A DNA stretch of 64,000 nucleotides, taken from contig OZ024754.1 in assembly GCA_964016885.1 (NCBI GenBank), positions 28,768,001-28,832,000 on the forward strand, written 5' to 3'. Each line of letters begins with the position of its first letter. Positions within the stretch are counted from its first letter, which is position 1. The notes beneath the pieces were generated by a model. It did not search any database. It saw only the letters and a program-made list of their open reading frames with translations, and was not told the DNA's origin. Both the position numbers and the translations under genes were made by a program. The DNA is from Eledone cirrhosa (Eukaryota). Positions 40,553 through 53,950 of this stretch are shown in pieces.

Positions 40553-40772
40553 CCCTTTAGCATTTAAAGTGGCCATATCCAGCCAGAATTCTCTCACCCC
40601 TTTCTGTTCAAACTGGCTGTAACCGGCCATCATACTTATGTTAAGGTATTATTTTCAGAATAAATAATATCAAAATTTCATAGATTCAGTGTTATGTGAG
40701 ATAATTACGTAAGGTAAAGCCTTCACCATGAAAATACAATAGTAAATATAGTGTAATGTAAATGCTAAAGGG
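40553..40772. mobile_element. piggyBac-like MITE
   Basis: TIR CCCTTTAGCATTTA / TAAATGCTAAAGGG flanked by cTAA and TTAA. Confidence 0.75.
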
Positions 40773-41000
40773 TTAAAAGAGCAGGCACAAACATGGCTGT
40801 GTGATTAAAAAGTTTGCTTGCAACTATGTAGTCTCAGGTTTTATTTCACTGCATTACACCATGTGTAAATGTATTCTGCTACAGACTCAGGCTAATCATT
40901 GCCTTGTGAATATATGCAGAAACTGTTTAAAATCGTGTGTGTGTGTGTGTGAAGAAAAGGCAACATTAGAACAATGCAATACCAAAATGATGGAAAAGTC

Positions 41001-41036
41001 TCTTAACGTTTTGGATGCTAGTCCTTCATCAGAAGA
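41001..41036 (-). ncRNA. Decayed minimal hammerhead (G12>A)
   Basis: Minus: TCTT CTGATGA AGGACTAGCATCC AAAAC GTT AAGA; same family at 48817-48853 and 61992-62027. Confidence 0.5.
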
Positions 41037-42253
41037 TAGAAAAAGAGAGAAGAGAGGATGTTTAAGAGGGAGAGAAAGAAGAGTAAAAATGAAAACAGCA
41101 AAAAGGAAAGAAAAGAAAGCATATGTTTTTGTGAAGTTGTTTGTGTTAGGAAGGACATCCAGCCATAGAAACCATGCTGGCGATGATAGTGGTGATAGAT
41201 GATGATGATAATTGGGATGATGATGATGATGATTCTTAATGGCGAAGATAATAGTTGTGATAACGATGATGGTGATGATAATGGGGATGATTTTGCTGAT
41301 AACAATGATGGTGATGATTATTAATGGTGGTGATTGTTGGTGATGATGATGATGAATAATGCCAATATTTCATATCAATTTAATGATAATTTTAAAATCC
41401 ATGTTTTTTTAAATTACTTAGTCAAGTAGGACACTGTCTTTGATCTTTGATTACTTTCAAAATTATTTGAAAGCCCTCGACTGGTGTGTATTTGAAAGCC
41501 CTCAGCTGGTGTGTATTTAAATAGAAATATAACAACAAAAGATTTAAACACTGTTAAATTGTATCCTTTTCTTGTTTATTTTTTTCTTTTCATAAGAAAT
41601 GTTTATCTGTGTACAAATCCAGTGACAAACACTTCAAAATTTTAATTACCTATTATTAGAACCTGGAGTGTTGTTAATCCTTGATATTGAACATTTGATT
41701 TATTGTTTCTGTATGGTTTATACAACATTTATAATTTCCAGTTTTTGGTACAAGCCAGAGAAACATAATTATTGTGTGTTAACACTGCAATATCCCTAGA
41801 ATGTCATGTTGTCATTTCATTTGTTTCTCTATACAGTCTTCAACAGTACATCTCTTATGTATGTGTGTTTATGTGTGCATGTATGTGTGTGTTTGTATGC
41901 TTCTGTATATGTGTGGTTGTGTGTATGTTTGTGCAATACCATTACATTTCTAAGATGGCATATTTAATAAAATTGTAGAGATTCATCTCTTCCGCCCTGA
42001 ATCGTTGCTCATCATATTTAGTCAAAAATTAATCATAAAATTAATAATGAAATTAATCATAAAATTAATCATAAAATTGAAAACTTAATCTTGATGATGC
42101 TTCACCTCCACCCAAGAGTACTTGTTCGGCAAGTTTCAACAATTCTCCAAAGGCTTCCCATCTTGTTCAGATTAGCTCTGGTTCTTAAATTGACATTCCA
42201 TATTAGGTAAAGTAATCGGAATTGTTAGTTGCAATCTCTTGTTAATAAACCAA

Positions 42254-42443
42254 TAATTGTTTCTACTTTTTCTACTTTAGGCACAAGGCCAGCAATTACC
42301 CAGTACATTACTGGTACTTTATTTTATCGACCCCGTAAGGATGAAAGGCAAAGTTAACCTCTGCGGGATTTGAACTCAGATCGTAAAGGGATGTAACTAT
42401 GCTGGAAAGCATGGTGTCCAATCCTCTACCGATACTGCCAATC
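42254..42443 (-). mobile_element. Deu/Nin-domain-like SINE
   Basis: Reverse complement of family consensus. Confidence 0.8.
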
Positions 42444-42880
42444 AATAATATTTGAGAAAGGGCTGTAATCATGTTGAAGGAGATGTAGTAAAATAAACCA
42501 GACTAGCTTATTCAAATTATTCTGCTCTCTTAACCCTTCCATTACCGTATATCTAATGAAAGACATATTATTGACCCTTTCACATACAACTTATATATAA
42601 ATAATGCCATACACAGTATTAAGCTTATGTTAGGAATATCTTCTAACTGTTATTTCCACTTAAAGCTGAGTAGGAAATATTGTGAACATATTTCAGTTAG
42701 TAATTGAATGTTCACGATAGTATTTTAAGCCAGTTACTTCACACAAAAGTTAAAATCTATTTAATATATATAAATACATATAATATATGCAAATATATAT
42801 ATACTATATCCGATGACTTTGTCTCTGTATCATATATATATATATATATATAGTATTATTATTATTATTATTATTATTTA

Positions 42881-43290
42881 GGGCGGTGAATTGTCAGTAT
42901 CGGTAGAGGGTTCAACGCCATGCTTTCTAGCATAGTTACGTCCCTTTACAGTCTGAGTTCAAATCCCGCCAAGGTTAACTTTGCCTTTCATCCTTACAGT
43001 CGATAAAATAAAGTACCAGTAATGTACTGGGTAATTGCTGGCCTTGTGCCTAAAGTAGAAACAATTATTATTATTATTATTGGTGGATTGGCATAATCGG
43101 TAGAGTGTCGGACAACATGCTTAATGGCATAGTTACGGTCCTTTATGTTCTGAGTTCAAGTTCCGCTGAGGTTAGCTTTGCCTTTCATCCTTACTGGGTC
43201 GATAAAATAAAGCCCCAGTAATGCACTGGGATCGATTTAATCAACTTTCCCCCAAATTGCCTAAAGTAAAAGCAATTATTATTATTATTA
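42881..43290 (+). mobile_element. Two tandem Deu/Nin-domain-like SINEs separated and flanked by (ATT)n
   Basis: 42881-43070 and 43082-43290. Confidence 0.85.
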
Positions 43291-43482
43291 TTAACACCCT
43301 ACTTCTTAAGGATACCAATAATGGTGAAATACCATTCATAGAATCCCACATTGGTAGCCAAACCCACATATTAGCATTGAGTGCTCAGTAACTAAAGATT
43401 ACGCACCACTATACTATATATATATATATATATATAGACAATGATATTAAATAAATGGAAACTATATTTATAAAACCATATT

Positions 43483-43543
43483 TATTCTATTATATATATT
43501 TCAAGGGTACCAAAACTTTAGTACGCTCTCATCAGATAAAATA
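43483..43543 (-). ncRNA. Type I hammerhead ribozyme (mirror copy)
   Basis: Reverse complement of 43668-43728 with one stem II change. Confidence 0.75.
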
Positions 43544-43667
43544 CAAAGTTTGTTTTATAAATTTTGACATAACCAAGAAAAGGTACCTTAACGGTTCAAG
43601 TTTTTCTTGGATAGTCAAGAAAAACTTGAACCGATTAGGTACCTTTTCTTGGTTATGTCAAACTTTG

Positions 43668-43728
43668 TATTTTATCTGATGAGAGCGTACCAAAGTTTTG
43701 GTACCCTTGAAATATATATAATAGAATA
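43668..43728 (+). ncRNA. Type I hammerhead ribozyme (predicted, complete)
   Basis: TATTTTAT CTGATGA GAGCGTACCAAA-gt-TTTGGTACCCTT GAAA TATATA TA ATAGAATA; AUA site 43718-43720. Confidence 0.78.
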
Positions 43729-43895
43729 AATATGGTTTTATAAATATAGTTTCCATTTATTTAATATCATTGTATGTTATACTCCAGAAAACCTGTCGAG
43801 TGCTCTGAATCAGTTATAAACATTTATATTTGTTGAATTACCAACAAATTGAATATCCCTTTTCCTTATATATACATTTATATATATATATATAT

Positions 43896-44112
43896 ATTAG
43901 AAAGTGCCTGGACTGAGCTGTTACCATTTCAATAGCTAGTTCCACACTCCAGCTGTTGAAACGGCAAGAGATCAGCCATCTTTCTAATATAGTCATACTC
44001 TACTATCCCAAACCAGCCAGACAATTACTCAATAGAGTACTCAATACTTGTGATAGTAGAGTATGACTATATTAGAAAGATGGCTGATCTCTTGCCGTTT
44101 CAACAGCTGGAA
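43896..44112. repeat. Compound inverted-repeat element of the 6092-6203 family
   Basis: ccagctgttgaaacggc...tactctactatc (43948-44007) is inverted at 44052-44110; flanked by (TA)n. Confidence 0.75.
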
Positions 44113-47100
44113 TATATATATATATATATATTCATCCTTACACAACATATGACCCAACCATCTCATCCCATTTCACTTCCCAACATTCACCACTGGATCT
44201 ATTCTCATCACACCTCTCATCTATTCACATACATCCTTCCTCAACACATGACCCAACCATCTCAGCCCCTTTTTTTTTTCACAGCATCCACCACTTGTGC
44301 TTGATTGGTCTCCAAATTATTCAATTCAAGGACTTCATCAAACTGCAAATTAGGAGAACACAAACCAACGATGAGAAATACATCTCAATAGATATAATTA
44401 CATTATAACGAAGGATTTAACAAAAGATATAAATATTAGAACATAGAAATAAAAATATTTACTTACTGCAAATAAGAAAACAATAACAACAACAACAAGA
44501 AAATTGTTTGTAAATTAGGTAATAAAATAGGATAGTGACTGAAATAATGACAAGTGGTTAGCGATATTTTGAGCAGATGTTTGAAGAGAATGTGTGTGTG
44601 TATATATATATATATATTAGGAAACCCCCTAAGCAACACAGATTACATAAGACCTTCTTTACATTGATTAACACATTATTTTATCCGTATGATATCAACA
44701 TTTAAAAGACAGTTGATGTATATATTCATGGACAGTTCCTAAAGGCTTTCCTGGCAAATCATCAATTCAATTAAATGCACAGTTGAAATAGAACAATATT
44801 CAGTCAACACCCACCTTATACACAATAGAACTAAAAAATAAAACATGATTCACACAGTATATACTCACAACTCTCATTGCACATACCACTCACCACAGAA
44901 GAAATACTAAAATAACACAAAAATAACCACATGGTAAACCCCATAAACAAAGCACAATTGACACAGTGCACTAACAGGAGGGTCCTATACTCCTTTATAC
45001 AACCCACAGAAATAAAACACACACAATGCTGTACACACCCCCAACACAAAGAAAAAACATGATTTTTTTATTAATCACAAAGGGTCCATATGAAGAAAAC
45101 ATAAAGGAAGGAATAGGACGGAACATGATGATACAATGCTTTTTTTTTTTTCTTCAAGTAGAAATGTAACAGCAATATAAAATTAATACAAAAGAGAAGT
45201 CAAACACTAGGTTTGTTGACTATGTTTGTGTGTCAGTGCGGTAAAAAAATATATAAGTATACACCAGGTCTGAACACAAAGGAACCAAGCTCTCACTGAC
45301 ACTACCTCTGTCTTTCCCACTCTCCCCATCATGAGCAAATGGGGAGGGGGCCCAGAAGAAATGCAGACCAGGAAATCAGTTAAAATAAACACAAAAGTTA
45401 ACCCGAGGAAATCTATCTAGCTGTCTGTCATATGAACTAAGCCCATATGTTACACAAGTAACTTGTCAGTAAATATATTGATTTTAGTTTTAGTGAACTC
45501 CTACTTAGAAGATTAACACCTTTATTACCATTTACATGACTTTTTCTTCTCTTTTTGTTTTTGAAGAGAACTGAATTTAAACAAGAACATAAAACTGTGA
45601 CCAACTTGAATAAAACATAATTAATTTTCATATTTACTTTCTAGATATCATCATCTTCATTATCATCATCATCATTTTATGTCAGTTCTTCGTGCTAGCA
45701 TGGGCTTGATGGGTTGTTACAGATCAATTCAGTACATAATTGGGACTGTTGTCTTCTGTGAGAGGCTGAGAAACTGTGTCTTACTGAGATATGTTTCATT
45801 TGGACATAATTTTTATAGATGGATGACCTTCCTAACACCAACCACTTTACAGAGATTATTTTATCATGGTGCTAGCACTAGGGAGGTTAGTATGTCCTTA
45901 TCCGAACTGAAGAATTCTCTCTACTCATTTTGTGGGATTTCTACAGCTGGGTGCCCTCCCTAAAACTATTTTAAATATTCAAAATTTAAACTCCATTTTA
46001 TACCTAGCTTACTGATAACACCAGTGATTCTATAATACAAAACTGTCTATATTTATCTGAAACTTTATTTGAGAACTTTGTGTTAAATTATATTCCAAAC
46101 ACCAGCTTAATAAGAAGAAAGTTAATTAGTTATATTAATTCTAAATCTCTCCAAATTATTAATTATTTTCAAAATGGTTTGGAAATGTTAGGTAGTTCAT
46201 TTCATTAGAAATATGGTAATGAAATGGTTAAACTCATAGACAGTGTCTTTCATTAGAAATAGGATAATGAAAGTAGGAGGACATATTCATTGATCAACTT
46301 CAGTACCTGAATTTGTACATATTTAACTGACACTTAAGGAATGAAAATCAACATTGACCTTAACAGGATTAAGTGTAAGGTATTCAACTAAGTAGTCATA
46401 TTACATATTCAACGATTTAGATACCAAACCGTCTTGAACTACCCCTTGTTTAAATTTAAATTCAAACTTTCCATCATAATTCTATGTATGAGCATTTTGT
46501 TATCTTAAGTTATCAAGGGATTGGTAGAGTGGTTAGAACAACATATTAAATGCCCCGGTATTTGTTTTGGTCCTTCATGATCTGAGTTCAAATCCTGTCA
46601 AGATCAACTTTGCCTTTCAACCTTTCATGGTCAATAAAATAAAGGGACAATCCAAGGATGCTGGATTGGTGAATCAGTTTTTAAAATGTTGGATGGGATG
46701 CTTTGCTGTATGTTCTGGCTCTTCGCATTTTGTATACCCCTACTCCTTCTCCTACCTCACTCAGGAGCAGTCATCCCCACCCCATCAAATCCTACCACCC
46801 ACATTCAATCCAGACTCATCACTCTATCTAGAGCCATACCCCCTGCCCACCCCTAAAAATCCTAACACTCCAGCTATAACCCACTCCATTTAGTAATTGT
46901 TATCATCACAGTTACCTCCCATACTATTGGATGTCATCACATCCTCACACTCACACATTATCCAGGATCACATCCAGCCCCTATCATCTTAACTCTTCAG
47001 TCTTAACCCTCACCTCACCCTCAGTCCTCTCTGTAACTCTCATCACAGTATGTCACACATTACCGGAAGTCAGCCCCCTCCCCTTACTTACCACCTTGCT

Positions 47101-48671
47101 TCCCACCGCTCCACCACACTGGTCATACACCAATGGCATACTTTCACCATTCCCATCACCACCTAGATGGTAGAGTAGGAAGGGTTCTTTAGTTGATTAA
47201 ATGGCCAAAACATCCCTAATGCTGGTTCCACAAAAAATGCACCTAGTACGCGCTGCAAAATGTTTGACAATAGCATGAAAATCCTGTGCTAGAAACCATG
47301 CCAAAAGGGTTCAGGGTACTCTCTAGTTGTGGCAAAGACATACCCCCCCCCCCCCAGTGTTGGTGATTTACATGATAAATGCACCCAGTATACTCTGTAT
47401 AGTGGTTGGTGGTACAAAGAACATCCAGCTGTAGAAAACCGACCAAATAATCGATCGGGAGGTCTCTTCAGCTATGGCGAAGACATGACAACCTCCCTAG
47501 TGCTGGTGGTAAAATGCACTTAGTAGAGTCTGGTAATGTTTTGTAAGTGAGAAGCAGCCACCACCCCCACACCAATCTAAGCAGATCAGTAGAATCTGAA
47601 GGGTCAATAGCTCCTTGTAAATACTGAGTGATGACTTGGCTAGTGACACCTATCCAACACTTGTTAGCCGGAGGGAAAACAGCTGTTAAATGATGAGGAG
47701 GATGATAGTGTGTGTGTGTGTGTGTGTGTGCATGTGTGCACGCACACACACAGATGAACATGCACACAAAAATGTATATGCATACACATGCACACACTCA
47801 TGTACTCTCACATATGTACACACAAACACACTCAAACATGCACAAGCACACACACACACACACACACACAAACACATATGCATATGCACATGCATACACA
47901 CACAAACATACAGACACACACACCCATGCACTCATACACACACACATGCTCACACACACGCTCAGACTGATTTGTTTTTTTTTTTTTTTTGTCCTCCAAT
48001 TTATTTATGAAACATTTTATCTTTTCAAGTTTCGATTTGATATCTGTATTTTGTTTCTCACCTCTCTTTTATTAATATTGTCATGGAGAAGATAATATAT
48101 TTTTGTCTACTAATCTTGTTTCTATATTTCTCTTTCTACCTCTATATCTGCTCATTGTATTTCTTTTGTAAGGAAATAACATCCATTATGGAGAATGATC
48201 TCATGGAGTTTAATCCTTTTACATATCGAATCACTTTACGCTGTGAATAAGCTATGAGATGTTCTGTAACTGTTAGAACTTTCAAATAATGCAATCTCGA
48301 TATTCTTCACATGTATCTATAACAACAACCATTTGCTGTGTGTTTCAGTAATTAGAAAGAAAAGGAAAACATAGTGGTCCAAAATTTGTGATTGTTCCAG
48401 ATTTAGTCGTTAAACAGCACATAGGAAGTCATGTGTATTTATTTCCCCCTCAATATCAAGTTATATCCATCAGGTGCCATGTAATTCTTCACTATCGCAT
48501 CAATGATCCAACTTTGAGATCATAGCAAAGCCTCTATCTTTCTTTGTTCCTTTAAGTATCATGCTATTTCTATTGACTTCAATGATCCAACAACCAGATC
48601 ATAGCAAAGTATGTATCTGTTATCCCTCAATATAATGTTATTCACATTTTGTACATACATTCATACATATA

Positions 48672-48718
<47 letters not shown>

Positions 48719-49387
48719 CTTTTTTCCTCCAAAATGGCTGATTTCTCAAAATTGTTTTCCATTTTTTCCTCTTCTCACTCTCTATCTTTCTACTGCATCT
48801 TTTATTTCTCATTCTGTCTTCTGATGAAGAACTAATGTCTGGAATGCAAAGACTCTGTTTCTACTATATCAAGCATTAAACTAATATATTTCTTCATTTT
48901 ACTGTTTTTTGCTTTGTTTCCATTTACCTTTTGCATATATATATATATACACACACATATATATATATACACACACACACACATATATATATATACACAC
49001 ACACACACAAAACATACATTCCTGGTATGGCTCCGTTGTAATTGCTGGCCTTAATGATATTAAAACTTACCCTCTCAAGTTGATATTCTCTATACCTTGG
49101 ATATTTCTACCAAGTTATTGATTAATACTATATATATATATATATTTAATTAGAAAGTGAACAACACAAAATATGACTACTCCATTACCAAAGGTTTCTG
49201 GATCCCAGACAATAATATTACCACAACAGAGGTCCGACGAGCTTTTGATTTCAGAGTCAGGCTAGATGGGTACAGATCGAACCTTAAGCTGATCAATAAT
49301 GAAACATGCATCACTACTAAATAGACATAATGAAAACATAACACATCGCATTTATATATATATATATATATATATTTATAAATGCGA

Positions 49388-49497
49388 AACTCACAGAGGA
49401 GATGACGAAGGACCGTGACAAGTGGAGAGATGATGTGCTGAATAGGACCGTCCCACCCTTGCAAGCAGGGAAAAGCGGACGTAAAATGATGATGATA
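49388..49497 (+). mobile_element. RTE LINE extreme 3' end
   Basis: gagatgacgaaggaccgtgac...ccgtcccacccttgcaagcagggaaaagcggacgtaaaatgatgatg, matches 25981-26080. Confidence 0.8.
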
Positions 49498-49525
49498 TAA
49501 TTACATAATAAACAACACAATAAAA

Positions 49526-49600
49526 TTATTCCATTACCAAAAGTTTCAAGAAACTAGACGATTCTTACAGAAACATCAGCCCGTTCATCAGATGAAATAA
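49526..49600 (-). ncRNA. Type I hammerhead (family of 6378-6445)
   Basis: Minus: TTATTTCAT CTGATGA A CGGGCTGATG..CGTCTAGTTT..GAAAC ttttg GTA ATGGAATAA; 9-bp stem I. Confidence 0.6.
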
Positions 49601-49708
49601 CTATGTTTTGGATACTAATTTTGGAATTGATATCTATTAAAAATGAAAGTGAGGCTGAGTTAAAATAACATCTTATAACAGAAAAAAAATATATATACAC
49701 ACATAAAT

Positions 49709-49739
<31 letters not shown>

Positions 49740-49788
49740 TAAAACCACATGTGCGCATCTACAAAAAACTTAACACACACCACACACG

Positions 49789-49820
<32 letters not shown>

Positions 49821-49836
49821 ATATTTATAACAAATA

Positions 49837-50606
49837 ATGCAAAAACAGTGTGTGAAAGATTTAGGCATCCACATGGGAACCAGCCTAAAATTCAGAGAAC
49901 ACCTTGACTCAGTCTGTCTTACTGCAAGAAAGTACAGCGGGTGGATCTTGCGCACCTTCAAATCAAGAGATACTTCAACAATGAAAACCCCTGGAACAGT
50001 ATGGTACTTCCAAGGATTGACTACTGTTCTCAGTTGTGGTCACCAACAACAAAGGGCCAACTATCTAAGATGGAATCGCTCCAAAGAAATTTTACCTCAT
50101 ACTTCTCAGAAACGAGGGACCTGGACTATTGGCAAAGACTCAAAACCTTGAAGATGTACTCAATAGAAAGAAGATTTGAGCGATACCGAATTATATACAT
50201 TTGGAAAATGATAGAGCAAAAGGTGCCAAACTTTGGTATCAAAACCTACCACTCACTGCGCCACGGAAGACGCTGCCAGCTACCACCAATCAACAAAAAC
50301 CCTGCGAGAGTCAAGTCTGTTGGTTCGAGGGGCACAACTATTCAACTCCATTCCGGTACATGTCAGAAATCTATCAGGATGCAGTGTGGAATCATTCAAA
50401 TTGCAGCTGGATAGATACTTAAGCACCATTAGAGATGAACCCCATCTCCCAGGATATACACAACGAGCACAAACTGACTCAAACTCGCTCCTACACATGT
50501 CAAAATTAAACAGAGAATCCAACCTGGCAACCACACCAGACTCTGAGGGTGGAGTCTTCGACTTGGCCTGAGCATGGACTCAAACTCAAATGAAATGAAA
50601 TGAAAT
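49837..50606 (+). mobile_element. CR1/L2-like LINE 3' fragment, frameshifted, (GAAAT)n tail
   Basis: VKDLGI, GWILRTFKSR, PRIDYCSQLWSP, LDYWQRLKTLKMYSIERR, RGAQLFNSIP, FKLQLDRYL; tail aaatgaaatgaaatg. Confidence 0.85.
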
Positions 50607-51509
50607 GTGTGCAGACATCACTGGCTAAAGAGAAACAAATGGGTCAAAAGCATTTTAGTGGAAGTGGCATATGTTCAGCAAGCTCCATGGAGTAGAAACT
50701 ATTGTAGTAACATTAAATGATACAGGGTGTGGGGTGACAGCAGATCTATGGACCAAACACTGGAGTGGAGGTGGTATGAAACTATACTAGGAAGCTCCAA
50801 GGAACAGAGACCATTGTAGTAACAGAAGAGGTAAATGGAAGAGACAGATCTGAGGACCAGAGACTGGAGATAGTCAAGGATTATGACTTTTAGTCTAAAT
50901 GGCACTTTTATCTTGTCATAATTAGCTCTCCTTATTAGATTTTGATATTTGATTGTTTTTATATGTATGTATGGACCCGTAACTCCTGAGGGAGTCATCG
51001 GAGTGCCATGTTGACATACAGCATTTCTAGGGCATTTCTGTAAAAAAAAACTGGCAGAGCCCATCTCCTCTTCAAGACTGAATACAGCAAATTTCTTCCA
51101 GAGAAGTATAGAGAGTGAAATAGAATGGAAATGAGAAAGAGTTGTAGAGGAAGAATTGACCTCAGTCGATTATATGAATAATCAGTAAATTTGCAAACTT
51201 GTTAGAAAGACAGAAAGGTGTTGTATGAGAGAATTATTTACAAACAGCTGCATTCGCTTTTTGGTTCATTTACCTGTATCTACATAAATATAACAGTTGA
51301 AGCCTTGCTGATAATGAAGCTAGTTAACTTATTTACTGACTTCAAAAGTGTTCCTTTTAACAATTGAAGTGTAATCTAACTACTTCATTGTTTTCAATTG
51401 GATTCTAAGCAGCTTTAGCCAATTCTATCATTAACCATGCGTTAGGTTTCTAAACTAATTCTGTCCTTGGCAGATGAAAGGCTGCTAGAAACATTTTCAA
51501 AGTTAATTA

Positions 51510-51558
51510 ATTCTTTTCATACCAAAACTACCCCCCTAGTTTTGGTATGAAAAGAATA
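51510..51558. repeat. Perfect ~21-bp hairpin with C6 loop
   Basis: attcttttcataccaaaacta-cccccc-tagttttggtatgaaaagaat. Confidence 0.85.
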
Positions 51559-51884
51559 TCTGAAAAAGAAAAACACTCATTTTAAAGGGTTTAGATTATT
51601 ACAATATAAGTTTTGAATTATCTTTCAGACAACCAGACAAAGTTATAATATTAAATCCCTCCAAATTCTGAATTATTTTCACAATTATTTGAAATCATAA
51701 ATGGTGTTTTTCATTAGAATTATAATAATGAAAGAGTTAAAATATTCATGTGTATCTAAAAACAGTCCATCATAATTTTTATGTAAAAACCTTTGTTAAG
51801 ATATCTTCCAAACACAAGTTTATGAATGAAAATGTTATGTTATACAAACCTCCAAAATATGGTTACTAATGTAAGTAAAGAATC

Positions 51885-51930
<46 letters not shown>

Positions 51931-51933
<3 letters not shown>

Positions 51934-53883
51934 AGTTGCATTTATCTTGCTTTATGTTCATACGAGTTATCACCAAGTCACAACCAGTGACCTCAAGAGA
52001 CCACAAGGTCCGCCATGTTCAAGAAAGAACATACATACTCACACATGCATCTTTAGTGTTTAGACTTGTGATGTACTTATATTGACAGAATCTTCCTTAG
52101 TATATGGGCAGTTCCCATTAGTACTATCTTTTGTATTTCTCCTATACGCGGGTTTCCTGAGATTTGCGATAAGTAATCAATAGACCCCTTAGGTATCATT
52201 CCTAGAGCGCCTACAACCACTGGTATTGTTTTAGTTCTCAATTTCCACATTTTTCCAATTTCTATCTCCAGGTCCTTATACTTGCTCAATTTTTCAAATG
52301 TTTTTATAGATACATTCTTGTCTATTGGAACAGACATATCAATTAGCAGGCATACCCTCTTTTTAAAGTCCTTCAATATTATATCAGGTCTATTTGCATC
52401 TATTTTTCGGTCTGTTTGGATGCTAAAGTTCCACAGGATTGAGATGTGATCTTTTTCAAGTATGGGAGGTGGTTGATGCTCCCACCAATTCTTTTGATGG
52501 GGCAGGTCAAAATGCTTACACATTATCCAATGTATGTATTGTGCAGCTCTGTCATGCCTGTTTAGGTATTCGGTTGGAGCTATAGGACTGCACATTGAAA
52601 TTATATGGTCAATGGTCTCTGGTTGTTTTTTGCATATACGGCATAATGGGCTGCATCCATTTTTTATTATGTTGGCTTGGTAATTTTTTGTTGGCAGACA
52701 CTGATCTTGTGCTGATATAATCAGTCTTTCAGTCTCCGATTTCAGTCCAGAGGATGCCAACCACTGATGGGTTAAAGTTTTGTCAACATCAGGATTGTTA
52801 GCTCGCTCTGGGTATTTTCCATACAGAGGCTTTTCTTGCCATTTCTTAGCCAGTTTCTGTAGCAGTTCTTTCTTTGCAGTTACTTTTACCTGCTTTGCTT
52901 TTTCTGTGTTTTCCATTTCAGCAGTAAATGGGACTTCTGAAATTTGTAGTCCATTACTGTATCTTTGTGCATCTTTTGTAATGGAATATGATCTTTTGAT
53001 GCTTTCGTGTTTCAAAACGAGTTTGATCACCCAATCATGTGATTCCTTTAGATATGTAGATAATCCAATTGTCGCAGTTTTCAACGCAATGTCTAACTGG
53101 ATTAACCCACGTCCTCCTTCTTTCCTAGGGAGATATATTCTATCTATATCTGCCTTAGGGTGATGCATTCTGTGCATGGTTAAGAATTTTCGAATTTTTG
53201 TATCGAGCCTACGGATCTCTGTGCTTGACCAGTTGATGACATTGTAACTGTAGGTTACTACTGGTATGGCAAGCGTGTTTATGGCATCGATCCTATTCCT
53301 TGCATTCAATTCCGTTCTTAAGATTGCTCTTACTCTGCGGTAACATTCCTTCCTTATCCTTTCCCTCATTGTCGAGTGCTTGATTCCGTCTCCTTCACAA
53401 AGACCTAGATATTTGTAAGTTTTTTCTTGATCAAGTTCTCTTATCACGTTCCCCCGATCAAGATTAATGTCTGAACTCTTCAGCAGCTTTCCTCTGGTGA
53501 ACGTTGCTTTGGCGCATTTATCTTGTCCAAACTCCATTTTAATGTCATCACTGAACTGCTCCACAGTGGATAATAGCCCTTGCAATTGTTCATCATTTTT
53601 TGCAAATAGTTTCAGGTCATCCATGTAGAACAGGTGATTAATGGTTTTGTCATAGACTTTATATCCATGTTTTGTTTCATTGAGCATTTTACTTAATAGT
53701 ATAAGTGCGATGCAGAATAAAAGCGGTGATAAAGAGTCACCCTGAAAAATTCCACAATTAATATTAACTTCTCCAGCTTCCAGTGATTTTGTTTCACTAT
53801 TCAAAAGGAGTGTCGTTTTCCATGTCTTCATACTGAATGACAAAAACCTCCTGACAACGGGGCATATTTTGAAAATCTCTAAA

Positions 53884-53885
<2 letters not shown>
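51931..53885 (-). mobile_element. 5'-truncated R4/Dong-like RLE LINE inserted in (TAA)n
   Basis: Flanked by (ATT)n at 51896-51930 and 53885-53950; frame continues CLEIFKICPVVRRFLS up to the repeat. Confidence 0.85.
52077..53843 (-). CDS. RT (C-terminal half) + CCHC zinc knuckle + restriction-like endonuclease
   Basis: GIFQGDSLSPLLF, YMDDLKL, YKYLG, CRICKKQPETIDHIISMC, RHD, RPDIILKD...LIDMSVP, KLSKY. Confidence 0.9.
   Translation of the reverse strand: MSFSMKTWKTTLLLNSETKSLEAGEVNINCGIFQGDSLSPLLFCIALILLSKMLNETKHGYKVYDKTINHLFYMDDLKLFAKNDEQLQGLLSTVEQFSDDIKMEFGQDKCAKATFTRGKLLKSSDINLDRGNVIRELDQEKTYKYLGLCEGDGIKHSTMRERIRKECYRRVRAILRTELNARNRIDAINTLAIPVVTYSYNVINWSSTEIRRLDTKIRKFLTMHRMHHPKADIDRIYLPRKEGGRGLIQLDIALKTATIGLSTYLKESHDWVIKLVLKHESIKRSYSITKDAQRYSNGLQISEVPFTAEMENTEKAKQVKVTAKKELLQKLAKKWQEKPLYGKYPERANNPDVDKTLTHQWLASSGLKSETERLIISAQDQCLPTKNYQANIIKNGCSPLCRICKKQPETIDHIISMCSPIAPTEYLNRHDRAAQYIHWIMCKHFDLPHQKNWWEHQPPPILEKDHISILWNFSIQTDRKIDANRPDIILKDFKKRVCLLIDMSVPIDKNVSIKTFEKLSKYKDLEIEIGKMWKLRTKTIPVVVGALGMIPKGSIDYLSQISGNPRIGEIQKIVLMGTAHILRKILSI

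Positions 53886-53950
<65 letters not shown>

Larger units (their letters stand above)
43438..43870. mobile_element. Palindromic non-coding PLE-type terminal-repeat element
   Basis: Arms 43438-~43609 and ~43616-43773 are reverse complements; right arm extends to 43870; flanked by (TA)n. Confidence 0.85.
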
